64,000 bases of DNA, from positions 96,001-160,000 of IMG/VR virus record IMGVR_UViG_3300023184_000030, one strand, 5' to 3'. Every line of letters starts with the position of its first letter. Position 1 is the stretch's first letter. Source of the stretch: a virus. Below the pieces are notes generated by a model. That model saw only the letters and a list, made by a program, of their open reading frames with translations. It had not been told where the DNA came from and ran no database searches. Of the stretch, positions 27,980 through 37,460 are shown one piece after another. The translations under genes and the position numbers were made by a program.

Positions 27980-29701
27980 TTATGCTAAACCGCCAGCAGG
28001 TACGTTAACATAGAATGTTAAGTACATAGTTTCTGGTAAGAAACCAGCTTCTACTAGAGCGTATCTAGATTTAACTGCGATTTTAGGTGACATTGTACCT
28101 TCAGAGATAGTCTGAATAGATTCTGCCATCATGTAAGGCATAAATTTGATACCTGGCTCATCGTCTCCACCTTTTCTACCGATACAAACTCTTGTATCAC
28201 TGTAGCTCATGTTTTGATCAACATATACAGTCATACCAGCAAGCGAACCTACAGGGTATAAAGTACCGTTGTTTTGAGTTAAAGTGTTAGAGAATGGAGC
28301 GAAAGTGAATTGAGAGATGTCTTGAAGTGCACTTGCAACTGCAGCGTTTGTAACGATGAAGTTAGCAGGACCTCTTCTACCTCTGTTAGCTACCACGTTA
28401 GCAGCTGCAAGGATTCTAGAGAATAATCTTCTTTGTAAAGTTGATAAGTTCTCATATCCTCCTGATGCAGGACCTGCAGGGATTACCATAGTTCCAGTAG
28501 TATCGTCTTTTCTAACATAAGCAGCTGTAGTTCCAGCACCACCACCAATAACTAAGTTTAAGTTAAGGTTTTGGTTTTCTACACTGTTGAATTGAGTGTG
28601 GTTAGACCATCCTAAAGCAAATGCTCTTGAAAGGATGTGCTTGTTAATTGCTTGAGAAACCTCGTTAACTAATGCGTTCTCGATCATTGAAATAACATCG
28701 ATACCGAATTGTTTGTTAAGGTCTTGGATTTGCTCAGTTGTAACTGATGCAGCAACTTGGAAAGTTTCAGCTTCTACGAATTTAGTGAAAGTTGAAAGAC
28801 CCATTGAGTTGTAGTAAGTAGACTCAGCAACACCTCTTAACATTGGGTTGTAAGTTTTAGTACCATCAACGTAAGGACCTTGCCAAGCTTGGTCGTTGTT
28901 GAAACCAGCTCCAGAGTAACCTTGGATGTGATCTTCTAAAGCTTTAACTAATTGTGCAGTACCTGAGGTATTTGCAGTGTAGAATCCTGATCCACCAGCT
29001 CCAGTAACTACTTGTGCAGGAGTACCGTTGAAGTAAGAAGCAACGTTAGAACCTGATGCGATACCAGTGATTTGGAAAATAGCAAATCCATCAATTCTTG
29101 ATAGACCTACGAAAGTTAGGTTTAAAGTGTTGCTTACAGAAGCAGTAGCACCTGCGGTGAAAGTACCAGCAGTAGCACCAGTAGTACCAGCAGCTCCAGA
29201 AGCAGTTTGGTAAACTGGGAATTTAATCATTGAAGGAGCAGTAGCTAACTGATCAGTTGCATTACCTGCAGCTGCAGCAGCAACTTTACCACCTGCGTAT
29301 ACGTAGTCTAAGTAAGACAAGATACCAGTTGGACCTGACATAGGGATAACAGGAACGATATCAAAACCTACAGTCTTCGCAGCTACTTGAATAGCTAATG
29401 GAAGTAATGAAGGGAATTTATCGCCTGAACCTTGCCAAGTGTTGTTATAAAAACCAGCGTTAGCGCCAGTTGATAATGCAGATCCACCACCGAATGATGC
29501 ACCTGGGAATGCTGGAGGAGCAACAGTACCCATACCGTTTACTACGCCTAGTGAGTTGTATGCACCAGCAGATTCGTTTAATGAATGGTAATGACAATAT
29601 TTAGTCAACCATCCTTTTTTGTTCTCATCTGTGATACCAGCCTTGCTCTCAATAAGAGGTGACCATGTTTCATAGATTTCTTGTTCGTTAATCAATTTCA
29701 T
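27980..29701 (-). CDS. gp23: Major capsid protein (T4 gp23-like)
   Basis: VIPMSGPTG, TEQIQDLNKQFGID, ANFIVTNAAVASAL, FMPYM, PKIAVKSRYAL motifs; probable maturation site SLNE/S. Confidence 0.9.
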   Translation of the reverse strand: MKLINEQEIYETWSPLIESKAGITDENKKGWLTKYCHYHSLNESAGAYNSLGVVNGMGTVAPPAFPGASFGGGSALSTGANAGFYNNTWQGSGDKFPSLLPLAIQVAAKTVGFDIVPVIPMSGPTGILSYLDYVYAGGKVAAAAAGNATDQLATAPSMIKFPVYQTASGAAGTTGATAGTFTAGATASVSNTLNLTFVGLSRIDGFAIFQITGIASGSNVASYFNGTPAQVVTGAGGSGFYTANTSGTAQLVKALEDHIQGYSGAGFNNDQAWQGPYVDGTKTYNPMLRGVAESTYYNSMGLSTFTKFVEAETFQVAASVTTEQIQDLNKQFGIDVISMIENALVNEVSQAINKHILSRAFALGWSNHTQFNSVENQNLNLNLVIGGGAGTTAAYVRKDDTTGTMVIPAGPASGGYENLSTLQRRLFSRILAAANVVANRGRRGPANFIVTNAAVASALQDISQFTFAPFSNTLTQNNGTLYPVGSLAGMTVYVDQNMSYSDTRVCIGRKGGDDEPGIKFMPYMMAESIQTISEGTMSPKIAVKSRYALVEAGFLPETMYLTFYVNVPAGGLA

Positions 29702-29727
29702 GATTTTAGTTGTTTTTTTTAGTTTAT

Positions 29728-31692
29728 TTATCTTTTTGGAAATTTTTGCTCAAGTGCAGAAGCAATATAATTCATATAATCTGAAGAATACGCTTGTGGT
29801 TTTGCAGTCTCGGCTACATTTTCACTCTCGTCAAGTTTTTGTACTCCAACCAATTTAGCTCCAAGCTGACGTGTTGACCAGAAATTTTTGATCTGGTAAG
29901 GTGTATCTAAATTATAGAAGTTTGACTGAGCAACAATTGATTGCTGATGTCCTTCTGATAAAGATTCCCATACCGGAGCATATTCTGCTGGCATTTCGTC
30001 AATAAACTTAAGACCTGTTTTAGTGGTGTCGTCTGACTCGTTAAGAGCTGTTTCGTTAGCCTTTTGTGTTTCGGCTGGTGTTGTTACTGCTTTAGCAGCT
30101 TCGTTGATATTTGAAGCGGTTTTTTGTGTTTTAACCGATTCTATTAATGAATCAATCTGTGAAGTTAAGTTCTCGTAGTTTCCAGCAAAGCCAGATTCAT
30201 TAAGACCTGCTTCTGCAGATAGATTTACATTTTCTACTAATGATGTGGTATTATCAGAAGGCAATTTATTAGCAATTGATTCTGCGATATACTCACTGTA
30301 AGCAATACCTTTGTTTAATTTCTCTGCAAGGTATTCTGAATAGTCTAATCCTTTATTAACATTCTCTGCTAAGTAATCAGAATATTCGATATTTTTGTTT
30401 AGGTTTTCTGCAATGTACTCAGTGTATTCGATTCCGTTGTTTAATTTTTCTGCAACGTACTCCGTATAAGCAATACCTTTATCTAAGTTTTCACCTAAGT
30501 ATTCTGAATAAGCAATACCTTTATCTACGTTTTCTGCTAAGTACTCAGAGTATTGAATATTTTGATCCAATTTTTCTGCTAGGTATTTAGAATATTCGAT
30601 ATTCTTATCTACGCTCTCAGCTACATACTCAGAATAAGAAATAGATTTATCAACATTCTCAGCTAGATATTTAGCATAAGAAATATTTTTATCTAGATTT
30701 TCAGCCAAATATTTACTGTAGTTGATAGTGCTGTCTAAGTTTTCTGCAAGGTATTCACCATACTTAATAGAATTCTCTAAGTTTTCTGCTAAATACTCTG
30801 CATATTTTTCAAGCTTAGCAACTCTTTCCTCAAGAGCTTCATTGGCCTTACTTAAATCTTCAGATTCAGTTAGCGATGTTTTTTGGGTTTTAGCCTCTGC
30901 GATAGCGGCTCTCATCGAATCCATTTCCTTTTTCAAGAAGACTGAATACTGATTAAGCTCCTCCGCAGTAACAAATTCATTGTTCTCCATAAGGACTGAT
31001 TTATTTTTATTGTCTGATTTATTCACGATTTTATTGAATTCTTCGTTATTTTCAACTTTATATATCTTCAATGAAGATTCTTTTTCGATACCTAAAGATT
31101 CATTTAAGCATTCTAATGTATTTAATATGCTATTATTCTTTATATCCTGAAATTGCTGTGATGAAAAGCCTTCACTTTCGTAAACTCTTTCAAGCTGAGC
31201 ATCTTTAAATCCAGGATCTGCTACTAGATCATAGGTAAAGATTTTTTTAATTGCCACTTTTTTATCGTTACCAACAGATCCAGCTGCTCTTGAAGAAATA
31301 GAAAGGGGAACACCAGCATCTACCAGGTTCTTAGCTATTCTACCCGCTGGGGTATCAAGAAGCTTCACTTTTATTTTAAGATCTCTCTTACCTTTATCAT
31401 AATTAAGATCCGTGATCATATGAGAGATGTTCTTAAGCGATACGTCAAATTTCTCGGGGTGATCTAATTCACCAACTAATCTATTCTGAGCTATCTTATC
31501 TTTTAGATAATCTAGATGAGGTAAATATTCACTCTCTTCATAAATTCTATTGTTGTTGTTTTCTTTACCGAAAACAGCAGCAATACCTTCTAGGATATAA
31601 TCATCTGTATCAGACTTTTTAGCTTCTAGAACGGAATTCTGTCTTTCAAGGATGAATACCATGTTTTCATTTATTGATTGTAGTTGTGGCAT
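29728..31692 (-). CDS. gp21: Prohead protease (gp21-like) fused to a scaffold/core domain
   Basis: LEGIAAVFGKENNNNRIY, LVGELDHP, ISH, LLDTPAGRI, SISSRAAGSV, YDLVADPG; C-terminal coiled-coil repeats. Confidence 0.9.
   Translation of the reverse strand: MPQLQSINENMVFILERQNSVLEAKKSDTDDYILEGIAAVFGKENNNNRIYEESEYLPHLDYLKDKIAQNRLVGELDHPEKFDVSLKNISHMITDLNYDKGKRDLKIKVKLLDTPAGRIAKNLVDAGVPLSISSRAAGSVGNDKKVAIKKIFTYDLVADPGFKDAQLERVYESEGFSSQQFQDIKNNSILNTLECLNESLGIEKESSLKIYKVENNEEFNKIVNKSDNKNKSVLMENNEFVTAEELNQYSVFLKKEMDSMRAAIAEAKTQKTSLTESEDLSKANEALEERVAKLEKYAEYLAENLENSIKYGEYLAENLDSTINYSKYLAENLDKNISYAKYLAENVDKSISYSEYVAESVDKNIEYSKYLAEKLDQNIQYSEYLAENVDKGIAYSEYLGENLDKGIAYTEYVAEKLNNGIEYTEYIAENLNKNIEYSDYLAENVNKGLDYSEYLAEKLNKGIAYSEYIAESIANKLPSDNTTSLVENVNLSAEAGLNESGFAGNYENLTSQIDSLIESVKTQKTASNINEAAKAVTTPAETQKANETALNESDDTTKTGLKFIDEMPAEYAPVWESLSEGHQQSIVAQSNFYNLDTPYQIKNFWSTRQLGAKLVGVQKLDESENVAETAKPQAYSSDYMNYIASALEQKFPKR
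30262..30807 (-). repeat. 13 tandem 42-bp (14-aa) repeats, consensus xYSEYLAENLDKxI
   Basis: Units counted in the translation; 13 x 42 = 546 bp. Confidence 0.9.
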
Positions 31693-31720
31693 GTTTTTTA
31701 TACTACTTTTTTATGTTTAT

Positions 31721-31728
31721 TATATATC
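31721..31728 (-). promoter_or_regulatory. Putative late promoter GATATATA for the protease-capsid operon
   Basis: Recurrent motif. Confidence 0.6.
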
Positions 31729-31752
31729 GACGGAAAAAATTATTTTTTTCGC

Positions 31753-34386
31753 TTATTCGTATTTTATCCTGTCCTTTGTCTGTTCAACGAATCTTTTGGC
31801 AAGTTCAAAGGCTTCACCATCGGTCGCACTATATTTTCTTGATTTATCACCGAAAGGAGCATATTTGTTTTTAAACTTAACCTGTGTAGCATCTCCTCTA
31901 CTATCAAAAACCTCTTTTGCAAAAGTTATAGTTTTCCAGTTTTCTATCTTAAGTGCCTCTTTATCCCTTGGGGTTAATATGGTATCAAATAGATTTACAC
32001 CTCCTGACAATTGCGTGTCTCTCACAACTGTAGAATTTTTTCTATTCTTAATGTCAATGTCATCGGCATTAGTTTTTATATAATAATCATCCTTCTTGGT
32101 CTCTGGCTCTTTTTCCTTATCCTCGTCTTTTACCTTAGTGTCATCCGCGTCTTGAACTTCATCTTTTATAACAGGTTTAACCTCTTCCTTCTTTTCTACG
32201 TAAGTATAAAGTCCTCTTTTAGATTCTTCCAGTATCTCATCAGTATTAGGATCAATCTCAATCGAAGCTCCATTCTTAGCCTTCCAGTCGGTGGGATCGA
32301 GTAAGAAGTTAGTAAAGTCACCTGTCTCATATTTTCCTCTAAGACTAGGGTCCGCATAATCTCTCTCAGTAACAATATAGACTGCTATTTCTGCAGGTCC
32401 ACTTTTTTGTTTAGATGTTAGATCTATCATCTGAGATCCTTTAGAATCAATATCCTCTGATCCTTCTACTGAATTCCCGCTTACTGTTTTAGTCTGAGCG
32501 TCTTCTAATACAGAGTATCCTTGCTTCTTAAAGTCAGAGAATTTAGTTATTACTTGGGATTCCAATAAATCTGAAAAATGAGATGTATTTAAGCTATCAT
32601 TAACTTCGGTCTTTTCAGCTTCCACTTTATCCTCAACTGATTTTTGTTCTCCTGTTTTTATTTTACTCTCGGTCTCTTTTGACATAGTAACGCCAAAGAT
32701 TCTATTGAGATCATCGGAAGAATATTTAGATAGTTCCTCTGTGGTTACCTTTTTACCAACAACATTTATTATATTATCCTCAGAGTCGCTGAAATGAAAT
32801 TCATACTCTTCCGGAGCATTCGGATCAGATACTAATAATGTACCTGACGAACTGTCGAACTCAGACTCGAATAATTCCCAGTCGCATGATCCCTGATAAT
32901 TAAACAGAGCATTAAGATCTTTCTCAACAGATAGCATTTGGAAATCTAGATCTTCGTTATCGAAGAAACCCCTTTCTATCACATCGCTATTATCAAAAGA
33001 AACAAGGGTTAAATCATACTTTGCTATTTGCTTTTGTACCTCTTTCGAGTTAATCTGACTTAATATGAATATAGATTTTCCTTCTGCCTCTGCAACCTTT
33101 ACTAGCTCCATTGTTGTTCTAGTTTCATTGCTGAATAAGAAAGAAACTGCCATACCCCATCCTCCGGCAGGTTGTGACCAGCATATAGTAATAGGCACAC
33201 CAATCTTTATTTCCTTAGGATCGAATGATCCTTTAGCAAAATCTTCAACGTTTCCAAATCTAGGAGCTTGATTTCCACTGAACCAATTCCAGGTCGATCC
33301 GACAGCATCAATAGCTAAAAGCGCCCATCCTACCGGATTGGTCCATTCAGCTGCTTTAGCAAGTCCACCTACGGCTTTAGCACCAGTAATGAATCCTTTT
33401 ATCATTCCAAAAGATTTTGCTACTATACCTGCCTTCTCCATGTTACCCAAAGCTTTCTGAAGTCTGGCACCTTCTATCCCTGCCTTACCCATCTTACCCC
33501 AGAATGAAACTGCTTTCATTGGATTTATTGCTCCCCAAATTCCCTTTATGCCTTTACCAGCTTTAGTAAGCAGACTAGCAGATTTTACTGCATCCTTTCC
33601 TGTTCTTAAAAACTTTATTGCTTTCCATCCTCTTCTCAGAGCAAATGCACCGCCTAAGTATTTAGCACCGGCAAATATTGCGGTCCCAGCTACAGCATAA
33701 GTAGCTATTTTAATTCCGTTATTGAGTGCATCCTGAGCTAAACCCGGTCCAGTAGAATCATCGCCTACTTTTCCCATTAATTTTCTGTCACTGATGTCAA
33801 ATAATCTAAACTTAGAGTTTTTATTCTCTATCTCTAGAGGCATCATTTTATATGCATCCAGTGTTTCGATCAGATTAGCTCCAGACTCCTGATCTTCAAG
33901 GCAAAGAAAAACAGCTTTTGGTTTTCCTGGTGTTTGATTTTTAACGAGAAATTCATTATCCAATTTTCCCTCAGCATCTAATTTATTATAGGCAAAGTGA
34001 AATTTTACTGTCTTCTCCTCTTCTGCCTTATCATTGGTATTTTCTTCGAATACCGCATCTGAAATAAAATCACCAAATTTAGATACTCTTCCCTCCACTG
34101 GATATTCATTAGCTTCTCTTAATGCTTTTTGCATGGAATAACCGCTGCCTCCTAGGGATTCCCTAATTATCTCAGAGATATCGCCATACTTTGGCATCTC
34201 CTCTGAATCAGCAACCCATTCGCTAGGATTTTTATCTAACCATTTTTTAAAGTCTGATGAGTATGCCCACCACTGAAAGTCTTCAAGAGATTGGCTTGTT
34301 GCTCCCTCCATTTTAAGAGGTATAGTAAACATAGGGAAATCGTTTCCCCTAGCATATTTACCGTCCGTTGCTAATAATATTATCAT
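31753..34386 (-). CDS. Large virion-associated protein with Gly/Ala/Lys-rich amphipathic central region
   Basis: 877 aa; IATYAVAGTAIFAGAKYLGG...NPVGWALLAIDAVG; late motif at 34451-34458. Confidence 0.55.
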   Translation of the reverse strand: MIILLATDGKYARGNDFPMFTIPLKMEGATSQSLEDFQWWAYSSDFKKWLDKNPSEWVADSEEMPKYGDISEIIRESLGGSGYSMQKALREANEYPVEGRVSKFGDFISDAVFEENTNDKAEEEKTVKFHFAYNKLDAEGKLDNEFLVKNQTPGKPKAVFLCLEDQESGANLIETLDAYKMMPLEIENKNSKFRLFDISDRKLMGKVGDDSTGPGLAQDALNNGIKIATYAVAGTAIFAGAKYLGGAFALRRGWKAIKFLRTGKDAVKSASLLTKAGKGIKGIWGAINPMKAVSFWGKMGKAGIEGARLQKALGNMEKAGIVAKSFGMIKGFITGAKAVGGLAKAAEWTNPVGWALLAIDAVGSTWNWFSGNQAPRFGNVEDFAKGSFDPKEIKIGVPITICWSQPAGGWGMAVSFLFSNETRTTMELVKVAEAEGKSIFILSQINSKEVQKQIAKYDLTLVSFDNSDVIERGFFDNEDLDFQMLSVEKDLNALFNYQGSCDWELFESEFDSSSGTLLVSDPNAPEEYEFHFSDSEDNIINVVGKKVTTEELSKYSSDDLNRIFGVTMSKETESKIKTGEQKSVEDKVEAEKTEVNDSLNTSHFSDLLESQVITKFSDFKKQGYSVLEDAQTKTVSGNSVEGSEDIDSKGSQMIDLTSKQKSGPAEIAVYIVTERDYADPSLRGKYETGDFTNFLLDPTDWKAKNGASIEIDPNTDEILEESKRGLYTYVEKKEEVKPVIKDEVQDADDTKVKDEDKEKEPETKKDDYYIKTNADDIDIKNRKNSTVVRDTQLSGGVNLFDTILTPRDKEALKIENWKTITFAKEVFDSRGDATQVKFKNKYAPFGDKSRKYSATDGEAFELAKRFVEQTKDRIKYE

Positions 34387-34393
34387 CGTATTT

Positions 34394-35203
34394 TTATTTT
34401 TCTGTGTATATTTTATCGTAAGACTCGGAATTTACATCTATTAACTTTTCTATATATCCCTCGTTTCTAAGCTTCTTAAATGTTAAATTGCCAATAGAGA
34501 ATTCGCCATCTTTACTTAATCCCTCTTTTCTCATCTTCATAATTTTCTCTTTCAGCTTAGTACTTCTTTTATAAAGTTCTTTAGCATTGTGCGGGAGCAC
34601 TGATGAAGATACTAGTCTAGTGTGAAGTTGCTCTATCTCGTATGCCATAGACTCGAATTTTTTATTCACATCATTTTCATCTATTTCTGGCGGATCGAAT
34701 ACTGGGTTCTTTATCCATTCGTTATTTAAAAGAGAAAATAGGCCAGATGCAATGTGGGGTTCTTTTGCGTCCTGAACATATAGTTCAACATCATACCCTC
34801 TTATCGATATGTTATGTCTTAGATTCCATACGAATCTAATTCCATCCAAGGCTGATTTAAGTATTTGTGGATTGTCATCATCGACGCCTTCGAGATTAAC
34901 TATGACATGAACGTCAAGGTCTGATAATTTTGTGTAATTAAAATTAGCTAGGGATCCGGTTAATTGGATATCAACTATATCCTTTTCCTTAAGTATATCA
35001 TCAAACTTCTCAAAAAATTCTCCTGCTATTCTAAGAAGCTTTTTTCTAACCCTCTGATCCAATGTCCATTCAATATCATCACCCTTGGTTTTCTTAGTCC
35101 AGAAAATAGGGCTTAGCTCATCGTGATAGAATGGATTTATCTGTCTCTCTAGTATATGAGAAGATAAGTTAGTGTAATTTTTATAAGATAATACTGAACC
35201 CAC
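34394..35203 (-). CDS. Pol beta-superfamily nucleotidyltransferase
   Basis: DIQLTGSLANFNYTKLSDLDVHV (hGS..DxD) and third acid in DVELYVQD; start moved to GTG 35201-35203, downstream of the late motif. Confidence 0.75.
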   Translation of the reverse strand: MGSVLSYKNYTNLSSHILERQINPFYHDELSPIFWTKKTKGDDIEWTLDQRVRKKLLRIAGEFFEKFDDILKEKDIVDIQLTGSLANFNYTKLSDLDVHVIVNLEGVDDDNPQILKSALDGIRFVWNLRHNISIRGYDVELYVQDAKEPHIASGLFSLLNNEWIKNPVFDPPEIDENDVNKKFESMAYEIEQLHTRLVSSSVLPHNAKELYKRSTKLKEKIMKMRKEGLSKDGEFSIGNLTFKKLRNEGYIEKLIDVNSESYDKIYTEK

Positions 35204-35241
35204 AAAAAAAGCTTTTCTTGTATATATCAAAGAAAAGCTTT
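35204..35241 (-). terminator. Terminator hairpin whose loop contains the late motif GATATATA
   Basis: AAAGCTTTTCTT-GTATATATCA-AAGAAAAGCTTT plus T-run on minus strand. Confidence 0.65.
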
Positions 35242-35264
35242 AGATGTTACTGTAAACTGAATAT

Positions 35265-35972
35265 TTAGCTAGGGAAGCATACCTTTAGCATAACTTCCAT
35301 TACTGTACTGACATCAAGTTCACAATAAGTTTTGATGTTTTCATAGTCCTTATCTATCCAGAACGAATCATTTACTTTAGATCCATCCATTATTCCCTTA
35401 GGAGATTCTATACCAAGGGAACAAGAAAGAAGGTCTAAACTTAAGTACTTCTGATGTGTCCAGCTACCAAAAGCAAATACGTCCGAAGTATCAACATAAG
35501 GAATCTCCCATGGCTTTTTGTCCCAGATTCTAATATTTGCTGGCGGATTAATACCATTATAAATCATTCTTTTACCTAGGCACGGAACGTCAAAACCTTT
35601 TATATTATGTCCACACAGCTTCCAATTCTTTGAAGCTGCATTATTAAGTACCTTAGCTGTTTTAGTTAGAATGTCATGTTCATCGTCACCATAAAAAGAA
35701 GCGAATCTTACCTCCCCAGTATCAGTAAATGATCCAAAAGAAACACACACAACTCGGGAAAACTCCGGCTCTAATCCAGCCTTTTGTTTATAGATAGCTT
35801 CTGGGTCCTCAGCAGATAATGCTGGATATGCTCCAAGATAATATGCTTCCCTCTTTTTCCATAGCTGCCACAAACGGGGATTAGCATCATGTAATGTTTC
35901 AAGATCCTTATAAAGAGCTGCTGTTTCAACATCAAAATAAAGATATTTATAAATGTCTTCTTTTTTAAACAT
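35265..35972 (-). CDS. DnaQ/PolB-type 3'-5' exonuclease
   Basis: YFDVET (Exo I), GHNIKGFDVP (Exo II), YCELDV (Exo III). Confidence 0.85.
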   Translation of the reverse strand: MFKKEDIYKYLYFDVETAALYKDLETLHDANPRLWQLWKKREAYYLGAYPALSAEDPEAIYKQKAGLEPEFSRVVCVSFGSFTDTGEVRFASFYGDDEHDILTKTAKVLNNAASKNWKLCGHNIKGFDVPCLGKRMIYNGINPPANIRIWDKKPWEIPYVDTSDVFAFGSWTHQKYLSLDLLSCSLGIESPKGIMDGSKVNDSFWIDKDYENIKTYCELDVSTVMEVMLKVCFPS

Positions 35973-35986
35973 AATTTGGTTTTTTA

Positions 35987-36008
35987 CAAAGATAATAGAA
36001 TATTGCGG
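35987..36008 (-). promoter_or_regulatory. Bacteroidota-type promoter CCG-N11-TATCTTTG
   Basis: Same architecture as 22953, 42467 and 55696. Confidence 0.65.
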
Positions 36009-36017
36009 AAATAAAAA

Positions 36018-36917
36018 TTATTTCTTAGAATTTTTATTTATTACTATAGGAGGAAGAGACTTATGATCCATCCTATATTTTAAACATGCATCTTCCCTTG
36101 CTGGGGATTCTATGATTACATCTATATCCAATCCGAATGTAGGTATCCTTCTTTTAAGGTATTCCGATTGTTTTGGCATAGAGGGTATTCCATAGTCATC
36201 ACATTCTTGTGATTCAGAGTGTATAAATACAGGTTTCTGTCCGGCCTTCCAAGTTGAGCATGAAAGAAAAAGAGCCTCTCTTATACTAAGACCCCCATCA
36301 TTAAACTGATGTGGGAGTAGTCTAAAACATATTGGGATATTAGATCTGTAGTAAATGCCAGATAGAAGATCTGTAACTGAAAAAAGACTGGGTTTGTCGT
36401 CATTAACAACACAAAGTTTAGAAACGACGCTATTATCCATTTCCAACAATCTCTCACAAAAGAGATCCATGGTATTTCTTCTGTTTCCATAAGCCGATCC
36501 AACTCTAACCATTATAGATGGGTAATTAACACCTATTAAATCCAGAATGCTAGATAACCTGGATAGTAACGATATTGTAGAGCTCTTAATATTATCTAAT
36601 TGAGTACCTAAAAAATACTCCCTATTTATGTATAGAAATATTCGTAAATCATTTTTAGTGATTGCAGAATTTATTTCGTCTATTATATGGGATACACCGG
36701 ATTCCTCCTCTATTACTTCCTTGAAGAAATTTGGGGAAAATTTAAAATCACACACGTCTATGCAGGTGATTTTTATATCGATCTCAAGATTTAATTTTAT
36801 GTTGTCCCTGATCACACAAAGAAATTCCTCGTATGAATTTATCTGTGGGCTTAGATCCACTGATTCAGAATGAGGACCTATATAAGATAGTTTTGGTGGA
36901 TTTTGTCCTAATATCAT
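36018..36917 (-). CDS. UV-damage endonuclease (UvsE)-like protein, apparently catalytically degenerate
   Basis: VNDDKPSLFSVTDLL, IPICF, STWK..QKPVFIHSES and DVIIESPARE follow UvsE motif order. Confidence 0.6.
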   Translation of the reverse strand: MILGQNPPKLSYIGPHSESVDLSPQINSYEEFLCVIRDNIKLNLEIDIKITCIDVCDFKFSPNFFKEVIEEESGVSHIIDEINSAITKNDLRIFLYINREYFLGTQLDNIKSSTISLLSRLSSILDLIGVNYPSIMVRVGSAYGNRRNTMDLFCERLLEMDNSVVSKLCVVNDDKPSLFSVTDLLSGIYYRSNIPICFRLLPHQFNDGGLSIREALFLSCSTWKAGQKPVFIHSESQECDDYGIPSMPKQSEYLKRRIPTFGLDIDVIIESPAREDACLKYRMDHKSLPPIVINKNSKK

Positions 36918-36932
36918 TTGATCTTTTTAAGA

Positions 36933-36960
36933 TTGTACTGATAAAAGGATTTTTAGTTTC
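36933..36960 (-). promoter_or_regulatory. Putative ECF-type promoter GAAAC-N17-GTACAA
   Basis: Recurrent spaced motif. Confidence 0.5.
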
Positions 36961-36967
36961 CGGTAAA

Positions 36968-37456
36968 TTATCCCCCTGTTGTTTCCAGCCCTAATTCGGA
37001 CGAATTATAAACAGTTTTAGAATTATATCCCTTATCAACGATTTCGCTGTTTTTGTATTTGGTTTTAGTGGAAATGTTACCATGTTCACCCCCCTGTGCA
37101 AATTTAACGGAATTGCCCTTAATCTCTATAACTCTTTCGGTCTTTTTACCCTTATTATAAACTTGAATGAAATATCTATATCCTATATTATTAGGATTTC
37201 TGAATGCTCTAACTATAACCCCAGTTACTTTATCCTTTGAATCTAAAGGTTCAGCTATTACTACATCACCTATTTTAAATTCATCGCCTTTTACATTGGT
37301 TGGCATATTGGGATCAGTACCAACAGAAACCGATAAATCGTTAAATGGTTTATAGTTTATTTTTAGGACGCCATTAGCTCCTCCATAACCATAGGTATCA
37401 CCAAAAGCTCCGCTTTCTCCTCCAAAGTCCTCGTTTATCGATTTAATATACTTCAT
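36968..37456 (-). CDS. Hypothetical protein with SH3/KOW-like segment, possible internal head protein
   Basis: Likely start MKYIKSINED (ATG 37454-37456), just after GATAAATA at 37462-37469; FKIGDVVIA..VTGVIV. Confidence 0.55.
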   Translation of the reverse strand: MKYIKSINEDFGGESGAFGDTYGYGGANGVLKINYKPFNDLSVSVGTDPNMPTNVKGDEFKIGDVVIAEPLDSKDKVTGVIVRAFRNPNNIGYRYFIQVYNKGKKTERVIEIKGNSVKFAQGGEHGNISTKTKYKNSEIVDKGYNSKTVYNSSELGLETTGG

Positions 37457-37460
37457 TATG

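Noticed and set aside
30262-30807. 42-bp periodic array as a possible CRISPR or DGR template
   Set aside because: In-frame coiled-coil coding repeat; no repeat-spacer structure and no reverse transcriptase in the window
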